Part shown: one piece after another, positions 26,930 to 42,599 of the stretch
Position numbering within the stretch: position 1 is the first letter of the stretch
How the letters are laid out: each line of letters opens with the position of its first letter
Source: Eledone cirrhosa
Lineage: Eukaryota
Direction: 5' to 3'
Length of the DNA stretch: 64,000 nt
Assembly: GCA_964016885.1 (NCBI GenBank)
Contig: OZ024743.1
Coordinates: 198,090,001 to 198,154,000 of the forward strand
The notes under the pieces: generated by a model
Told to the model about the DNA's origin: nothing
Databases searched by the model: none
What the model saw: the letters and a program-made list of their open reading frames with translations, nothing else
Made by a program: the position numbers and the translations under genes

Positions 26930-27071
26930 CATATGTGCATAGATAGATACAGACACACATACATCATTTCCTTTCTTTTAAAAAGGGGTGGATTAGTCGA
27001 AATATTACTAAGTATAAAATAATACTCTATACTGAAATTTTTCTTACTCGTTCAAACATTTATAACATATA

Positions 27072-27149
27072 TATAGGATGTCCCATATAATGTACACACA
27101 GGCAATATTTATTAGAATGGTGTATACATATTTTGGGGGACACCCTGTA
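27072..27149. mobile_element. Tc1/mariner-type MITE (~75 bp)
   Basis: Imperfect terminal inverted repeats TAtaggatgtccc..atgtacacac / gtgtatacat..gggacaccctgTA, with TA flanks. Confidence 0.55.
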
Positions 27150-27566
27150 TGTTTGGATATAGTACTATATGTAAATGTGTGTACTTGTATACGTGTAAAT
27201 ATTTCTCTATGGTATGTATGCAGATTCAGGCGTGTATGTATGCTTTTGAACTAAATTCATATAGATGTGTTTACACATAAACCTATAAAACTATGTATTT
27301 CAAGTAACATATCTGTATGTTTGCCCAACCGTATATATATATATATATATATATTTATAGACACACACACATATAAGTATACATATATATATATGAATGT
27401 ATATATAGTGTATTTTGCAATAAACTTTATGCTTAATTAAAATCATTTTGAAGACCGTATGCTATTGTTTTAGAGTAGTGACAGACTCACTTACTTTAAT
27501 CTCAGCAAACAGGGGTAGATAAAGCCGACAAGGCCTTGTTTCTGCATTTTTTTATGCTTATCAAGG

Positions 27567-27612
<46 letters not shown>

Positions 27613-27883
27613 CACATACATATATAAATATAAATATATAAATATTTATACACACACACACACACACATATAAATATATATATATGTGTGTGTGTATGTT
27701 TATATATGTACACATGTGTATTATGTATGTATGTATTTGTCTACGTATGTTAGTCTTTATGGATACATATATGGAAAATATAGATACATATATACGCTTA
27801 TTAATAGTGCATATATAGATACATATATACACTTATTAATAGTGCATTCTTGTTTATCTGTACAAATGTACATTTCCTTATAT

Positions 27884-27980
<97 letters not shown>

Positions 27981-29216
27981 ATGTTTATCTAAAGTGTTGC
28001 TAGTATATGTGTATATATTCATACATGTACGAATACTTAAATATATACAGATCCACACGCTTAACGATACACACATATAAACATACCGAGAAATAAACTG
28101 AAATACAAACAATATTAGACGTATATAAACATACAAGAATGTAACATATGGTGATGCCGATTGAGATAAATACATAAAGAGGATGGAAAAAGTGGGTAAG
28201 GAGAGACGTCTGTACGGATCATCTAAATTGTAAAGCTAAGTGCGGAATCCACATTAAGGACACGCTACATTGCTATTAATGATGCAAAGTCGGCAAGAAC
28301 ACTTGTCACACAAAAGCTTCAATCTTGTCTAAACGTTAAGTCGGACATTTTGAAACGAGAAGACATGTTGTTTTTACTGGAGAAGGGATCTCCTTCCGGC
28401 ACCCTCACTACTTTGTATAATTTACAAAGTTGCAGGTCAAACTCGATATCACTCGGCACCCTTTGACACCCATATCGCACAGAAACGACACGATAGAACA
28501 ACAGCAGCGACAAGACCAACAACAAAGGCAGTTATATGAATTATAATCACAACAATAACTGTAATATCTGTAATAATATGGTAGCTTTACTATTTTATTT
28601 GTTTTTTTTTATCTGATTACTTTTTCATTTGGAATTTCTGTTTCGTTAAATTATAAAAGAAAGAAGGTGCGGTTTGAAAGATGGAAAACATTTTCTAGTA
28701 TCCAGCGAACACTACTTGCTCATTATAATTGTTTACATAGCCCTGGTTTAACATTAGCAGCTCCTTAACAATAACAATAGCAATAATCAACTACATAACA
28801 CTCTCTGATATCTAAGCTGACTTCCAGTAAATCTATACTACAGAGATCAAACTCTTAACGCTACACTTAAAACCAATATCGCATTTGATAAATATGTAAC
28901 TTATAGTTATTATTACATTGAAACAAGATTGCTGGGAAAGATTCCAGACGTGTGTATACCATACTGTAACAACGTCAGTTTCTATATCCTGTGTAATGAT
29001 TTAACCATTGTAGATGGTGTACTGAGAGTTGGACAGATTGTTATAATTTGCAAACATTAATATATAAACGAATAACTGATATATTACAGTACGTGTGATA
29101 GAAGATAAGGAAATTTGAATTCTTTATAATTCATACACTAATAGTAATTAGATTTATGTATTATGAATACACTGCTTTACAAAACATTACAATATATATA
29201 TATATTAGATACTCAT

Positions 29217-29420
29217 TTAGGCACAAGGCCAGCAATATTTGGTGAAGGGAATGTCGATTAAATCGTCCCCAGTGCGTGACTGGTACTTCATTTTATCGAC
29301 CCCGTAAGGATGAAAGGTAAAGTTAACCTCGGCGGGATTTGAACTCAGAATTTAAAGGGCCGTACCACTTTGCCATGAAGCAGGCTGACCGACGCTCTTC
29401 CGATTCTGCTAATCTTCCGT
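29217..29420 (-). mobile_element. SINE family A, long subfamily
   Basis: Has an extra ~30-nt segment (ggtgaagggaatgtcgattaaatcg) between the tail and the central domain. Confidence 0.82.
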
Positions 29421-29600
29421 TCTCTCTCCATATATGTATATAATAATGTCTTGTATACATCATAGTTTAACTATTTATAGGTATAGAGAGTCAGAATTTC
29501 TTGCTATTATCATGAATGTTGTGTATGTATAGGAAGTAACTTGCAGCAATGACGAGACCTTACTTTTTCCCTACACTAATAAATTTGACTCATTATTATA

Positions 29601-29715
29601 GAGTTCAAATCCCGCCGAGGTTAACTTTGCCTTTCATCCTTACGGGGTCGATAAAATAAAGTACCAGTAATGCACTGGTTAATTGCTGGCCTTGTGCCAA
29701 AAGTAGAAACAATTA
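29601..29715 (+). mobile_element. SINE family A, 5'-truncated at the B-box
   Basis: gagttcaaatcccgccgagg...gtagaaacaattat. Confidence 0.86.
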
Positions 29716-30441
29716 TTATATATATATTTTGTAAGCACTCGTGATTACTTAGAACCGTGCAATGACATTTCTGACTTATAAAGACAAATTGTGTCACACG
29801 ATTTAACTGGCTGACTTTGTTGCAAATATTTGGATCAGACCACCATTTTGAGGTTAAATAATTGTTCCTTCCCTCTCCCAATCCACTGAGATCCTGAAAA
29901 TGTTCGTGGGTGATGTACGTCCTTCTCATATTGAGGACAGAGTGTCTTTGATGCACTTCTAAGTTAATTTATTCCCTTAAATTATATTTTGATGTCTTGT
30001 ATCAAACATTCGAATCTAACCCGAGAGTATCAGTGTAATGTGAGGAGGATACAGGGGAATATAGTTTAGTTAGACTTATAAAGTTCGTGTACAGGGAGCC
30101 TGAGAGTATTGTGCTACTGTGCTGTATATTTTGAGCTTACGTATCTGGAGGAAGAATTACTATGTGGAAGTGTTTGAAGGAGAGACGTGTTTCATTATGT
30201 CACACTGGAGATATAATGATGTAAAATCGTGAGTATCAGCTGGATACCAGATAATTGTACTCAGTTTATAATCTATACTTAGCTGAACACCAATTGACTA
30301 TAAACTTTTAGAAAAGGTCTAGAATGTCAAATCAGCAGAATGGTGTTTTCGTATGATTTTATGATTTTAGAAGAGAGGAAGGGGGTGTGACCATAATGTT
30401 TTCAAGCCTTCTGATGCGGGAATGAACGCACATACACGTAG

Positions 30442-30548
<107 letters not shown>

Positions 30549-30847
30549 GGCACACACTGATATGTATATCTAGTTATATTATGCCCTATAATACTCTGGC
30601 ATGGAAATCGCATTAAAGACAGGATGGAAATGTGTGTGGTATTGCCAAATAAAGAAGTAACATTATCAAGGAAAACCAACCCACCAAATCACATACACTT
30701 GCATGAGTCAACCAACGAGCGTCTTCGTAGTCTCGATATGCTGGAACTAGCTGCCAAATATACCTCAAATTACACCGCATAATCTTAAATAAACAATATA
30801 CAAAACAACGGCAAGATAATTGGTGGAACACCTTTGATTATAAATGC

Positions 30848-31070
30848 TTTGGCATAGTCGATAGAACGGTCGATTGCAATTGAAAGGTTGTGAGTTCGAT
30901 TTTCGGACCAGGTGATGGGTTGTGTCCTTCAACAAGGCATTTTAGTTCACATTGCTTAAGTCTGCTCAGCCGTAGAAATGAATTACGACGTCACTGGCGC
31001 ATAGCTGTATCGACCATTGCCTTTCCATTGGACAACATCGGTGGGGTTTAGAGGGAAGACTGGTATGCAT
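30848..31070 (+). mobile_element. Diverged SINE family B (CORE-like)
   Basis: gtgagttcgatt, tgtgtccttcaacaaggcatt, gctcagccgtagaaatga. Confidence 0.6.
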
Positions 31071-31091
31071 CTCTATCGATCTGTCACTATG

Positions 31092-31163
<72 letters not shown>

Positions 31164-31169
31164 TTATTT

Positions 31170-31545
31170 ATTAGGATTGGTGCTCTGAAATAGCGATGTA
31201 TACATGAATGTATGTATAGTATATTTGGCAAAATACCGTATGTTTAATTAAAAAAACCTAAAACCTAATACCTAGTTTTTGTTGGACCGGCAATCGCTCT
31301 GTATAATCGGCTCCTGATTACTACTGGAATTCTATAAGAATCCAGCTTCTATAATTTTCGGCGGAAGCAGGGCATGTGTGGCTCTGATGATCGCCAACCA
31401 GCGTGAAACAGACTGTTAGCTTCTCTCCCTTCTTTCGCCGAAAAGAAGTAAGTGACATAGTCACTACTTTAAAACCGATAGCGTATGGTTTTCTAAATGT
31501 TTTTAATTAAATATACGGTATATTGCCAAATATACTATATGTACA

Positions 31546-31550
<5 letters not shown>
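31170..31550 (+). mobile_element. Non-coding HHR-bearing repeat (retrozyme-like family C), copy 2, with inverted 5' arm
   Basis: HHR at 31380-31421: ggct-CTGATGA-tcgc caacca gcgt-GAAA-cagact-GTT^agct. 31208-31255 is inverted relative to 31500-31547. (TA)n on both sides. Confidence 0.76.
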
Positions 31551-31586
<36 letters not shown>

Positions 31587-32003
31587 GAAAGGTATAGAAA
31601 ATATTGTACCAAAAAGCCAACAGTATTCCATAATATAATATAATATATACATATATATATATATATATAGCAGATTTAAATCAGTTATAATCTAATTAAA
31701 ATGTTATTCAACAGAATACTCAACAATTGGGGCTGGAACTAGGTGTTGTGACTGCACTAACGTATATGGATATATACACAAATCTAATATGTGGGCGTGT
31801 AAACATACCAGAAAATACATATAGATATATACTAACGTTTCTCTTAATCCACTTGTAATTAAATATTGTTTAAATAAATTAATAACCCGCTATTATCACT
31901 AATAACAATACCAACACTATATATATGTAGAAATGTATTTCTATCTTTTTAAATACATCTATCGGACATTGAACTATTTAATTAACCATAATGATTTTAT
32001 ACA

Positions 32004-32617
32004 ATAGGCACAAGGCTAGCAATATTTGGGGAGGGCAAAGTCAATTAAGTTGACCCCAGTGCATTACTGATGCTTTATTTTATGTATCTCGTAAGGATGA
32101 AAGCAAATCTAACCTCGGCGGGATTTGATTACGAGGTCAATAGGATGAAAACCAATAATGATTCATAGTTAGAAATATATACACATCGTCCTCCCCACAC
32201 AACCCACATCATACCCACACATAGTACCATGTCGACAAAAATCTTCAGTCATGGAGCTATATTTAAACACTAAAGCAGCTATTAAAATGATGGTTTCTTA
32301 TATAGGCACAAGGCCAGCAAGTTTGGGAGGAAAGGAAAGTCGATTAAATCGATCCAGTTCATTACTGGTACTTTATTTTATAGACCCCGTAAGGATGAAA
32401 GGCAAAGTTAACCTCGGCGGGATTTGAACACAGATCATAAAGGGCCGTAACTCTATGCTGCAAATCATGGCGTCCGACACTCTAACGATACTGCCTATCC
32501 ACCAACCTAGTAGCTATTAATATAATTGTTTCTACTTTAGGCACAAGGCCAGCAATTACCCAGTGTATTACTGATACTTTATTTTATCGACCCCGTAATG
32601 ATGAAAGACAAAGTTAA
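32004..32617 (-). mobile_element. Three SINE family A copies (32004-32130, 32293-32505, 32524-32617)
   Basis: Each begins ggcacaaggc(c/t)agcaa and contains cgtaa(g/t)gatgaaag. The first two are the long subfamily. Confidence 0.83.
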
Positions 32618-33347
32618 AAAATAATGTTGTGTTTCCCGAAAATCTATGAATTTAAGTAAGCCTAAAACATGTCAAATTATAGCCATTACTAATTCTTTTC
32701 TGCCAGTTAGTTTCTGTTTATATTCTATTCTTATTTTCAGATATGGCATCTACAACGTATCAACAATTTAAAATGCCTGTCTATGTTTTTAGAGAAATAA
32801 AGTAAAAAAAGACAAAACAAAAGTGCGTCCGAATTTGTTTAGGTTACAAAGGAGTCATGTTCAAAAGCCATCTGAGCTTATTTATTTTTCACAATAAACT
32901 TGGATATACATAAAAAGCGGTCAAGCTCTAACCGTCTTTCTTCACCGTGACAGTATACACATTAAAACAAATTAAAAAATAGAAAAACAACTGAAAATGC
33001 CAATCTCAAGAGAGAAAGACCTCCTGATGTCGTTTGAAATTCGAAACTGTGATAATTCCATTGATAACAAGCAAGTAGTTCGAAGGAAAAAGAAAAACAA
33101 AGAGACGGACTCTATACAAAATCAAAGTCTTATTTCCTTAACGCCTTTAGTTCTACACAACAAAACAACAAATACCTGACTTAGTCCACGTATAATCAGA
33201 AGAATATAGCACATGACTACAAAGCACGCTAAATTTGTTTACATACATACATGCATACATCTCTCTCTCTCCTTCCCCCTCTCCACCTCCCTCGCTCTCT
33301 CTCTCTCTCCACATATATATACATATATAGTAATAAGTACAAAGAGC

Positions 33348-33708
<361 letters not shown>

Positions 33709-33725
33709 TATATATATATATATAA

Positions 33726-33876
<151 letters not shown>

Positions 33877-33911
33877 TAATCCTTCGGATTTTATATATTT
33901 ATTATTTATTT

Positions 33912-34027
33912 CAGGTTAAAGTTTAAGCAAAGAATTTCTATTTTCAACTTATACGGGATCTTCTGAAACTGTTTCAGGACATGCTGTATAGGGTGAAAGC
34001 AGAAATTATTTGCTTAAACTTAATCTG
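33912..34027. mobile_element. Small imperfect fold-back of the pLTR family seen at 14275-14340
   Basis: caggttaaagtttaagcaaa.. / ..tttgcttaaactttaatctg. Shares agggtgaaagcag and (reverse) ttcagaagatcccgt with 14275-14303. Confidence 0.6.
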
Positions 34028-34488
34028 TATACAAGCATATAAATATATGTGTACATCTATGTGTATATATGTGTGCATGCGTGTGTATATAGTTAGCAAT
34101 TTCAAAGACTTAAGTTGATGGGTGAATTTGTGTTAACGCAAATTCGAATACATCATGATGACATCTCTGCTTCTATTCATTCTATTCCTCGGCATAGCTT
34201 TTTCAATACTCTAACTCTCCCTGAGAATTACATTGGGGTAGATGGAACCAGAAGATTGGGGACACTCCTCATAGAGATTCTCCTTCCAATTAGTATGATT
34301 CAGAAATAGTTGAAGTTAATATGTTCATTGAATTTGGCAGCGTCTGCTACTCTCGCTAGTCATGTATGTACAGACCAGTAATACTTGATGGTGTCGTGGG
34401 TTTTTTGTTTTAAATCTGGCAGAGCCCATCACTCGTCAGGTCGGATCAAAGCCACTGTCTTCGGGAGAAGGAGGGGGAGACATTGAAT

Positions 34489-34570
<82 letters not shown>

Positions 34571-34615
34571 GTGCTAGACAGGAAGTTAAAAAGAGAGAGG
34601 ATGAAAGAGAGAGAA

Positions 34616-34652
<37 letters not shown>

Positions 34653-35711
34653 GAGAGAGAGAGAGAGGAAGAGGAAGTGAGAAAGGGATAGAGGAAGAAT
34701 CGAACCCATTAATGGTATGGTACTTTAGTTATCAATCTCCTTCTGGTTAAACATCAAAACCAATATCGACAGGACCTTTCTAGCTCTAATAGACAACCAA
34801 TTCCCCAATAAACACATATATATAGAATTATTTAAAAAGCATAGCCTTAAAATAAGTTTTAGCTCCACGCTCAACTTTAAAAAATAGTCACTCATAAACA
34901 CTTACCTGGCTTATTTGGTTGTTCTTAGAAGAACAGTGATATATGCCAACTAGATGCGTGCCGTAAAACAGAGCTTATAATCAATGAGGCAAGTAAAATC
35001 AATATATCAACACATCATCACCAGCTTCAATGCGTTGTATCAGGCTTATAGAAGGGCAGTTCAAAGAACATTATATCAACTGTACGACAAATGTCGCTTG
35101 GAAACTGAAATAAGAATCCGCATGTCACACCAACAGTTGTAGGATAGCAGAAAAATTCAACCAAATTGAGAAATGTGGGCTCTGCAATGCAGGGAGTTCG
35201 TTAATTTTGAATAAATCATTAGATCTTAGGGCCTGACTTAACACCAGTAGGGTATTGAGGTAACCTTGCCCAACAACGCACAATTCGTCATTCTTTTCTG
35301 ATATTCACGCGATCAGAAACCCAGAGGATAATAGGACTGCCCCACCCCATGCCCACTGGATAGCTGCCAAACACCGAGTTTATGAAGAAAGGACACTCGC
35401 TTGACAGCTTAAAAATTTTAGTGGATATCGAGTAGAGAAAAAAAACTCCCTCAAATGATTCGGACAGAAATCCAATATCAGAATTTTAAATGATTGAAAA
35501 AGGAACATTTTTCCTTCCATGAATTGCCTCTAAGAGCAGATATATTAAAACTACACATTGATTAAAACCAGAAGATTTTTCCTGTGGCATATATTTTCAA
35601 ACGAACTGGAGTTTCATGTCTGATGTGGAATTGATGAAATAGGATTAATTTCCAAGTATTCTACGAAAATGTATGCTTCATTCCCATGTATTATATATAT
35701 ATATATGTATG

Positions 35712-36646
35712 AAAATGTTCGAGACCACGATGGCAGAGCTCAAGCCGTTTCGACGGCTATTTCTGGACTAAATTAGAATTGTTAGCGTGGTAATAAATAG
35801 CCGAACTTTCAGGGGTAATTCCTTATATAGGAAGATTGTAGTTGTGCAATGGATTGGTCAACATTTTTTTTATCTCAATTTATTAACTTTTTAATTTTAT
35901 AACTTTCCACTCTCAGATTCCTCCAGAATTCTTTTTTCGCCTGCTTTCTAGCTAGCCTAATTTCATGCACACTCCTTACAATTTGCTGTATAGAATCCAC
36001 TTTCAACGCTTGACCGGCACCACACACTCCCTCATTGTTCTACAGGCAAGTTCAGCCACCCCACCTCCCACCCTTCGCCATGAAAGATTTAATTGTGTTT
36101 ACAAGAAATTTGACCAATCCTTTTGGCAACTACATTCTTCCCATATAAGGAATTACCCCTTGAAAAGTTCGGCTATTTATTACCACGCTAAAAATTCTAA
36201 TTAAGTCCAGAAATAGCCGTCGAAACGGCTTGAGCTCTGTCGTCGGGGTCTGGAACATTTTACCCACTATTACCCACTCTATTACCCTATTACCCACTCT
36301 ACTACCGCGGCGTGAAGGAATCCAACCCGCCGGCTAGGTGGTTCCGCCGCCGACCCGTACGCTTGCGAGTCGCTGCCGGGAAAGGCAAGCGGCAAGGCGG
36401 CGTGTATACGCGACACGACGCCTTCCGTCTTCCACCCGATAAACGTTCCCTTGTTCGTACATGCCTCCCCGCTTCGATCGCGAGAAAGAACGTAACCCGC
36501 CGGCGAGACGGTTCCGCCGCCGACCCGTAAGGCTGCGAGTAGGCGCCGGGGAAACCGACCGCTCACGGTCATATCTACTCGGCCAGAGTATTAAGTACTC
36601 TGATGCGTTATGGTATATCTGGTTCCTTACCACACTTCCTTCGTTA
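35712..36646 (+). mobile_element. 5'-truncated Naiad-related PLE: inverted pLTR arm, 3' UTR, pLTR with HHR, tail carrying a GC-rich insert
   Basis: 35712-35861 is inverted relative to 36110-36260. 36004-36060 matches the Naiad 3' UTR (8034-8097). 36587-36646 matches 8297-8358. (TA)n flanks. Confidence 0.85.
36155..36249 (+). ncRNA. Type-I hammerhead ribozyme (U3-A8 variant)
   Basis: acccc-TTGAAAA-gttcggctattt..aaatagccgtc-GAAA-cggc ttgagctct gtc-GTC^ggggt. Stems are kept despite substitutions relative to 8170-8263. Confidence 0.78.
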
Positions 36647-37165
36647 TATATATATATGCTTAAACTTTAATCTGTTATTTTAATAAATAAATATATATAT
36701 ATATATATATATATTTAGGAACTAAAAGATTGATTCTTTTTAGCTTCCCGTCCCCACGTAAAATTTGTAAATCAGTGGCTAGTTGAAAGATAGAGTCCCA
36801 TCGGGTGCCAGTTGCTAATTGCTTTACCGTGTCGGTTGTCACAAACAGTCATGACCGGCATGGGCTGGTGTTTGGATTCTGTCGATCGATTGGTTATTGA
36901 TTAGGCGATACCCGCTGATGAAGCCGTATAAGCCGATTGTGCATTGTTGCATAATATATGCAGACAGATGGTGCAGTGCATCTTACTGATGCATTAGTGC
37001 GGCTGAAACTCAAGCCCGGGAACCTTATAGGCACCCGTTTTATGTGTGTTGTGTTGAGGCAAATAACTATGTGTATACTCTGGTAATGTATCTTATATTG
37101 CCCATTGAGTGCGCTGAGATACAACCGGTACTGGCATTGATAAATATGCTGGGTCCGTCAACCCT

Positions 37166-37209
<44 letters not shown>

Positions 37210-37211
<2 letters not shown>

Positions 37212-37490
37212 CTTGCCAGGATGCTGTGCAGATATGTGAAGTGGTCGACTTCTCCCAGGTTTTGTTGGTTGACTCTGATCGCTGGACCTCTGTTGTTGGC
37301 TATTCTCATCACCTTGGTCTTTTTGGTGTTGATTCTCAAGCCGATATTTTCCGCACCTCTTGCAGGATTGTAGATAGGGCTTGCAGAGCTGCATTGTGTT
37401 CAGCGATCAAAGCGATGTCATCGGCGAATGCCAGGTCCCTCAGCCTCGACTGGCCTCTCCATGGGATTCCTCGATCGGGTCCTTCACATT
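37210..37490 (-). pseudogene. Non-LTR (RTE-like) reverse transcriptase fragment
   Basis: DLAFADDIALIA...RINTKKTKVM...LGEVDHFTYLHS. Confidence 0.8.
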
Positions 37491-37536
37491 ACTAAAGTGT
37501 AAACATCAATACTTATATATATATACACACATATAT

Positions 37537-37630
<94 letters not shown>

Positions 37631-37831
37631 TATGTATATATATATATATATAATATAATATAATAAATTGAGTACCTTACTTTCTCGGGTTACCCAATTT
37701 TGAAATCATGACTCACACACACACACAAAAACACACACACATACACACGTATATATATATATATATTATTCCTGCATATATATATACATCTGTATGTATA
37801 TATATATATATACATAAAGTTATACATATCA

Positions 37832-38010
37832 TGGCAGTATTGGTAGAGGGTCGGACGCCATGCTTTGACGTATAGAGTTACGGCCCTTGCCATTCTGAGT
37901 TCAAATCCCGCCGAGGTTAACATTGCCTTGAATCCTTACTGGGTCGATAAAATAAAGTACCAGTAATGCACTGGGTAATTGCTGGCCTTGTGCCTAACGT
38001 AGAAACAATT
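37832..38010 (+). mobile_element. SINE family A, near full length
   Basis: A-box tggcagtattgg, B-box gagttcaaatcc, tail present. Confidence 0.88.
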
Positions 38011-38040
38011 ATATATGCGTGTGTGTGTGTGTGTGTGTGC

Positions 38041-38078
<38 letters not shown>

Positions 38079-38321
38079 CTAATTCTGCGTGTGTGTGAGT
38101 GTGAGTGTGAGTGTGTATTTATAAATCCTATATTCACACATATACATGCATTATGTGTGGCCGGTGAAGTATATACATTTGCATTTATACCAGATAATTA
38201 TCTATTTGTCTTAGGTTTGGGAATGACGCTCGTAAATATCAATGCACAATTATTACGAGCATTTTGTATATTAAATAAGAGCCAGAAAATTCATATCTAC
38301 ATTCATCTATGTACGTATGTG

Positions 38322-38360
<39 letters not shown>

Positions 38361-38772
38361 TATATATATAACGATTTTCTTTAGCCGTTGCTCGCACCAA
38401 CCAGAGATGAAATACCAATGAAGTCTGGAAGATCACTGATGAAGGACTAAATTTATACATATGTAACCCATATACAACCACGGAGCACGCCATGTTTTCA
38501 TTTTATATATATATATATGTATACATATATATACACATACTTATATATGTGTGTGTGCGTGTGTATATAAATATATGTTATATTTATATATGTATATATA
38601 TATATTATAGGTTATATGTATATATATATTGTATGTTATATGTATATATATATTATAGGTTATATATATATACATTTATATATATATATGCATGTATATA
38701 TATATACATTTATATATAAATATATACTCTTTCCCTCCTCCCCCTATTTCTCTCTCTCTCTCTCTCTCTCCC

Positions 38773-38805
<33 letters not shown>

Positions 38806-39042
38806 AGATATAAATATGCATATATATTTATGTATATTTATATATATTTATATATTCATTCTTTTATTTAAACAGAGCACATAATGAGTGCTAGCACGTG
38901 TAAGGTATAATAATATTTTAATGTGGATCTTTCAAATATTCACCAATTAATTATTAATTATACATATGTTCTTTATGTACATGTATGCACGTATACATAC
39001 GTGCGTATATACTTACTTCAATGCATAAATACATAGATACCT

Positions 39043-39133
<91 letters not shown>

Positions 39134-39225
39134 TTATATATATTTATTTATGCATGTGTGCATATATCTACATTCAATTCAATGGTAGGGATGCTTACAT
39201 ATACATATACCAACAGCCTATATAT

Positions 39226-39277
<52 letters not shown>

Positions 39278-39326
39278 GCACACTCTCACACTCGCGCATG
39301 TATATAAATATACAAACACATACATA

Positions 39327-39363
<37 letters not shown>

Positions 39364-39676
39364 CATACATGTATAAGGGCACACGTAATTGAGTAATTAT
39401 TTTATATGCATATTGAAATTGTTCACGCAAATATATTAAGATTCTGATAATGATATTTCTGTTTTTAAAGATATAGATATACATATACATATTCGTTTAC
39501 CGTTTCACAGACAAATATTTTGGTGTAAGTAATATGGATATATGCACATGAATGCTTATATGCATAAAACTTACATACAATCATGCATATTATTAATTTG
39601 AAAAATATATATACAATGAATAGTGCTACCTTCTGTGCATATTAATACAGGTACATCTATATACATACACACAATC

Positions 39677-39710
<34 letters not shown>

Positions 39711-39759
39711 GTGCGCGTGCTTTTGTGTGTGCTTATATGTATGTATTTCTACATATATA

Positions 39760-39806
<47 letters not shown>

Positions 39807-40373
39807 TCACACACATGTATATATATATATAGATATATAGATATATATATTAATATATATATATTACAACCAATATAAACATCTCCACGCAAATACATGA
39901 GAATATCTCGCACATTTTAGTACATTAGCTCTCACGCTACACAACACACACGCGCCCACACATGCACTCACACACACATACATACATACATACATACATA
40001 CACTTATATGTAACACAACTATGTGTGTATCACTCTACGTGTCGATGTGTCTTTATGGAATTATATATAAGTACGTGTATGTGTTGTGCATTTATATATG
40101 TATGCATTTATGAATGTATATATATTAGTGTGTGTAAGTTTGTCTCTAAATGGGACCATTAAAAACGCTCTACAATTTTTCTAACATTTCCATTCTACTT
40201 TGCTGTACATTAATAGATTTATCACACTATATTTGTTAAAATATATATTTGGTGCTGGAGAAAATAGTTATATTTTGTAACACGCATTAAAAAGGGGAAA
40301 AAATTGGTTTGATGTGTTGGGGACATTTCTGAACTCGAGTCTGTTCACGAGAATATTGGCTCTAGAAAATGTA

Positions 40374-40439
<66 letters not shown>

Positions 40440-40581
40440 GGTCTCTCTCTCACGGTTTCTCACTCTCACTCTGTCTCTCTCTCTGTCTCTCTCTCTGTCT
40501 CTGTCTCTGTATATATATATGTGTATACATATATACAGGTGTTGTTTGTGTGTATTCAAGTATGTATATACGTATGTGTGT

Positions 40582-40656
<75 letters not shown>

Positions 40657-40671
40657 TAGATAGATAGATAT

Positions 40672-40714
<43 letters not shown>

Positions 40715-41653
40715 TAGAGGTATATACTTTATCTCTTATCTTTGTGGTGACAACATCTTTAATAACAACTTGGACATTGAAGATATGTTAGATATATATC
40801 AAACCTTCAGTAAGTGAGTTAGCCACACAGATTTTGCACGACACCAAATTTGCCAATACGACACAGTCTGTAAATCTAATGAGTTTACTGATGATGTGCT
40901 AAATCTATAAAGGTAAGTGGTACATTTTCGGTCAGTAGCCACACTGATCCTTTGGCAGATATGTACTAATGAACAAAAAGCATCTTTTTCTCTCTTATGT
41001 GTCATGTCAACTCTCAAACCTCTGTTCGATGATATTAGACAGCTTACGGTAATAGCTACATTTATGCTTAATGATCGTCCCTGCTTCCCACGATTACGAT
41101 TTACACTTTTATATGTATATGAACGCGTTTGAGCCAAAGTGTGGGGGTGGATAATGGTTGATGTTGCGATGTGATGATGTATCGTTGAAAGTCAGTACTG
41201 AATATGATTGAAGTGAGGCAGGTGGGTGAGGGAATGACAGGGAGGCCTGATGACAAACCGGAAAAAGAGATGGATAAGTAGATAAATGATATTTATAATA
41301 TAGTTTTATTTCTGTGTTATTGATTCTCATTCTGTACGTGACGAGACACGTCCATAAATCAAAGACAATTTTATGGAATAAAAGGAATTCAACAAGAATT
41401 GAAATCAGATAGCTAATATTCATATTCGATGGAGGTAGGTGGTGGTCTTGCTCATGGGGGTGTTGGCAATCAATAAGGTAGTTTAGTGGTTATAGCTTTT
41501 GTTTCAAATGTTTATGATATTAGCTTCCACGTCTATCAACATCAACATGATTGAAAACTGATGTACATAGCGTCATTGCCAATATGATGTTTGTACGTGT
41601 TTGAACATGAGATGAAATATTTCATGTGTGTTCTGTATTCGTCGGTGATATTT

Positions 41654-41707
<54 letters not shown>

Positions 41708-41864
41708 TGTGTGTGTAGATATGATATATATATATGTGTGTGTATGGGGGGGGGGGTAGATATGTATATATATATATATATATATCACCTATGGTCAAAT
41801 TTCTACTAAAATTATCTGATTTAGTTTGGCAAGGGCGATGTTGCGTCAGCTAGGGAAACACTGC

Positions 41865-41927
<63 letters not shown>

Positions 41928-42228
41928 CTCAACAGCAACAACTAAAATAATTGTAATAATATAGAAGTAATGAAATTGTAAGCTCACAATGTTTCATATG
42001 GTCATTTATATGTGATGAAATCTGACTGTCGGTTATGTGAACACAGAACTAGTTAGAAGATCTTTGAACTAGCCAAACAATCAGTTTGGAAATGTTGAAT
42101 GCTGAAATTAAATAATATTAACTATAGTTTTATCACTGTATTAACCTCAGTTCCAGTATTAATAATTTAATCTTTTGTATATCTGAATGACTGTTATATG
42201 TGTATTTTTATATGTATGTATACACACA

Positions 42229-42355
<127 letters not shown>

Positions 42356-42375
42356 CCCCCCCCACACACACATAC

Positions 42376-42446
<71 letters not shown>

Positions 42447-42599
42447 TCAACCTAAACATTTTTACACACACATGCACGTGGAAGAAAGAATACTCAATAC
42501 TCAATTGCATTACCAGTACTGGGTTTCGATTCTATACGGTATTACAAGATATATCTATAGTTGTTTAGGCAAGACTGTGTGTATATTGATTTAAACATC

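Noticed and set aside
34100-35500. Possible very old RTE endonuclease/RT remnants
   Set aside because: Only vague motif similarity with many stops, which cannot be supported without a profile search.
36324-36556. GC-rich repeats as HDV-like or twister ribozymes
   Set aside because: I could not fit P3/L3/P1.1 or twister consensus nucleotides on either strand in both copies.
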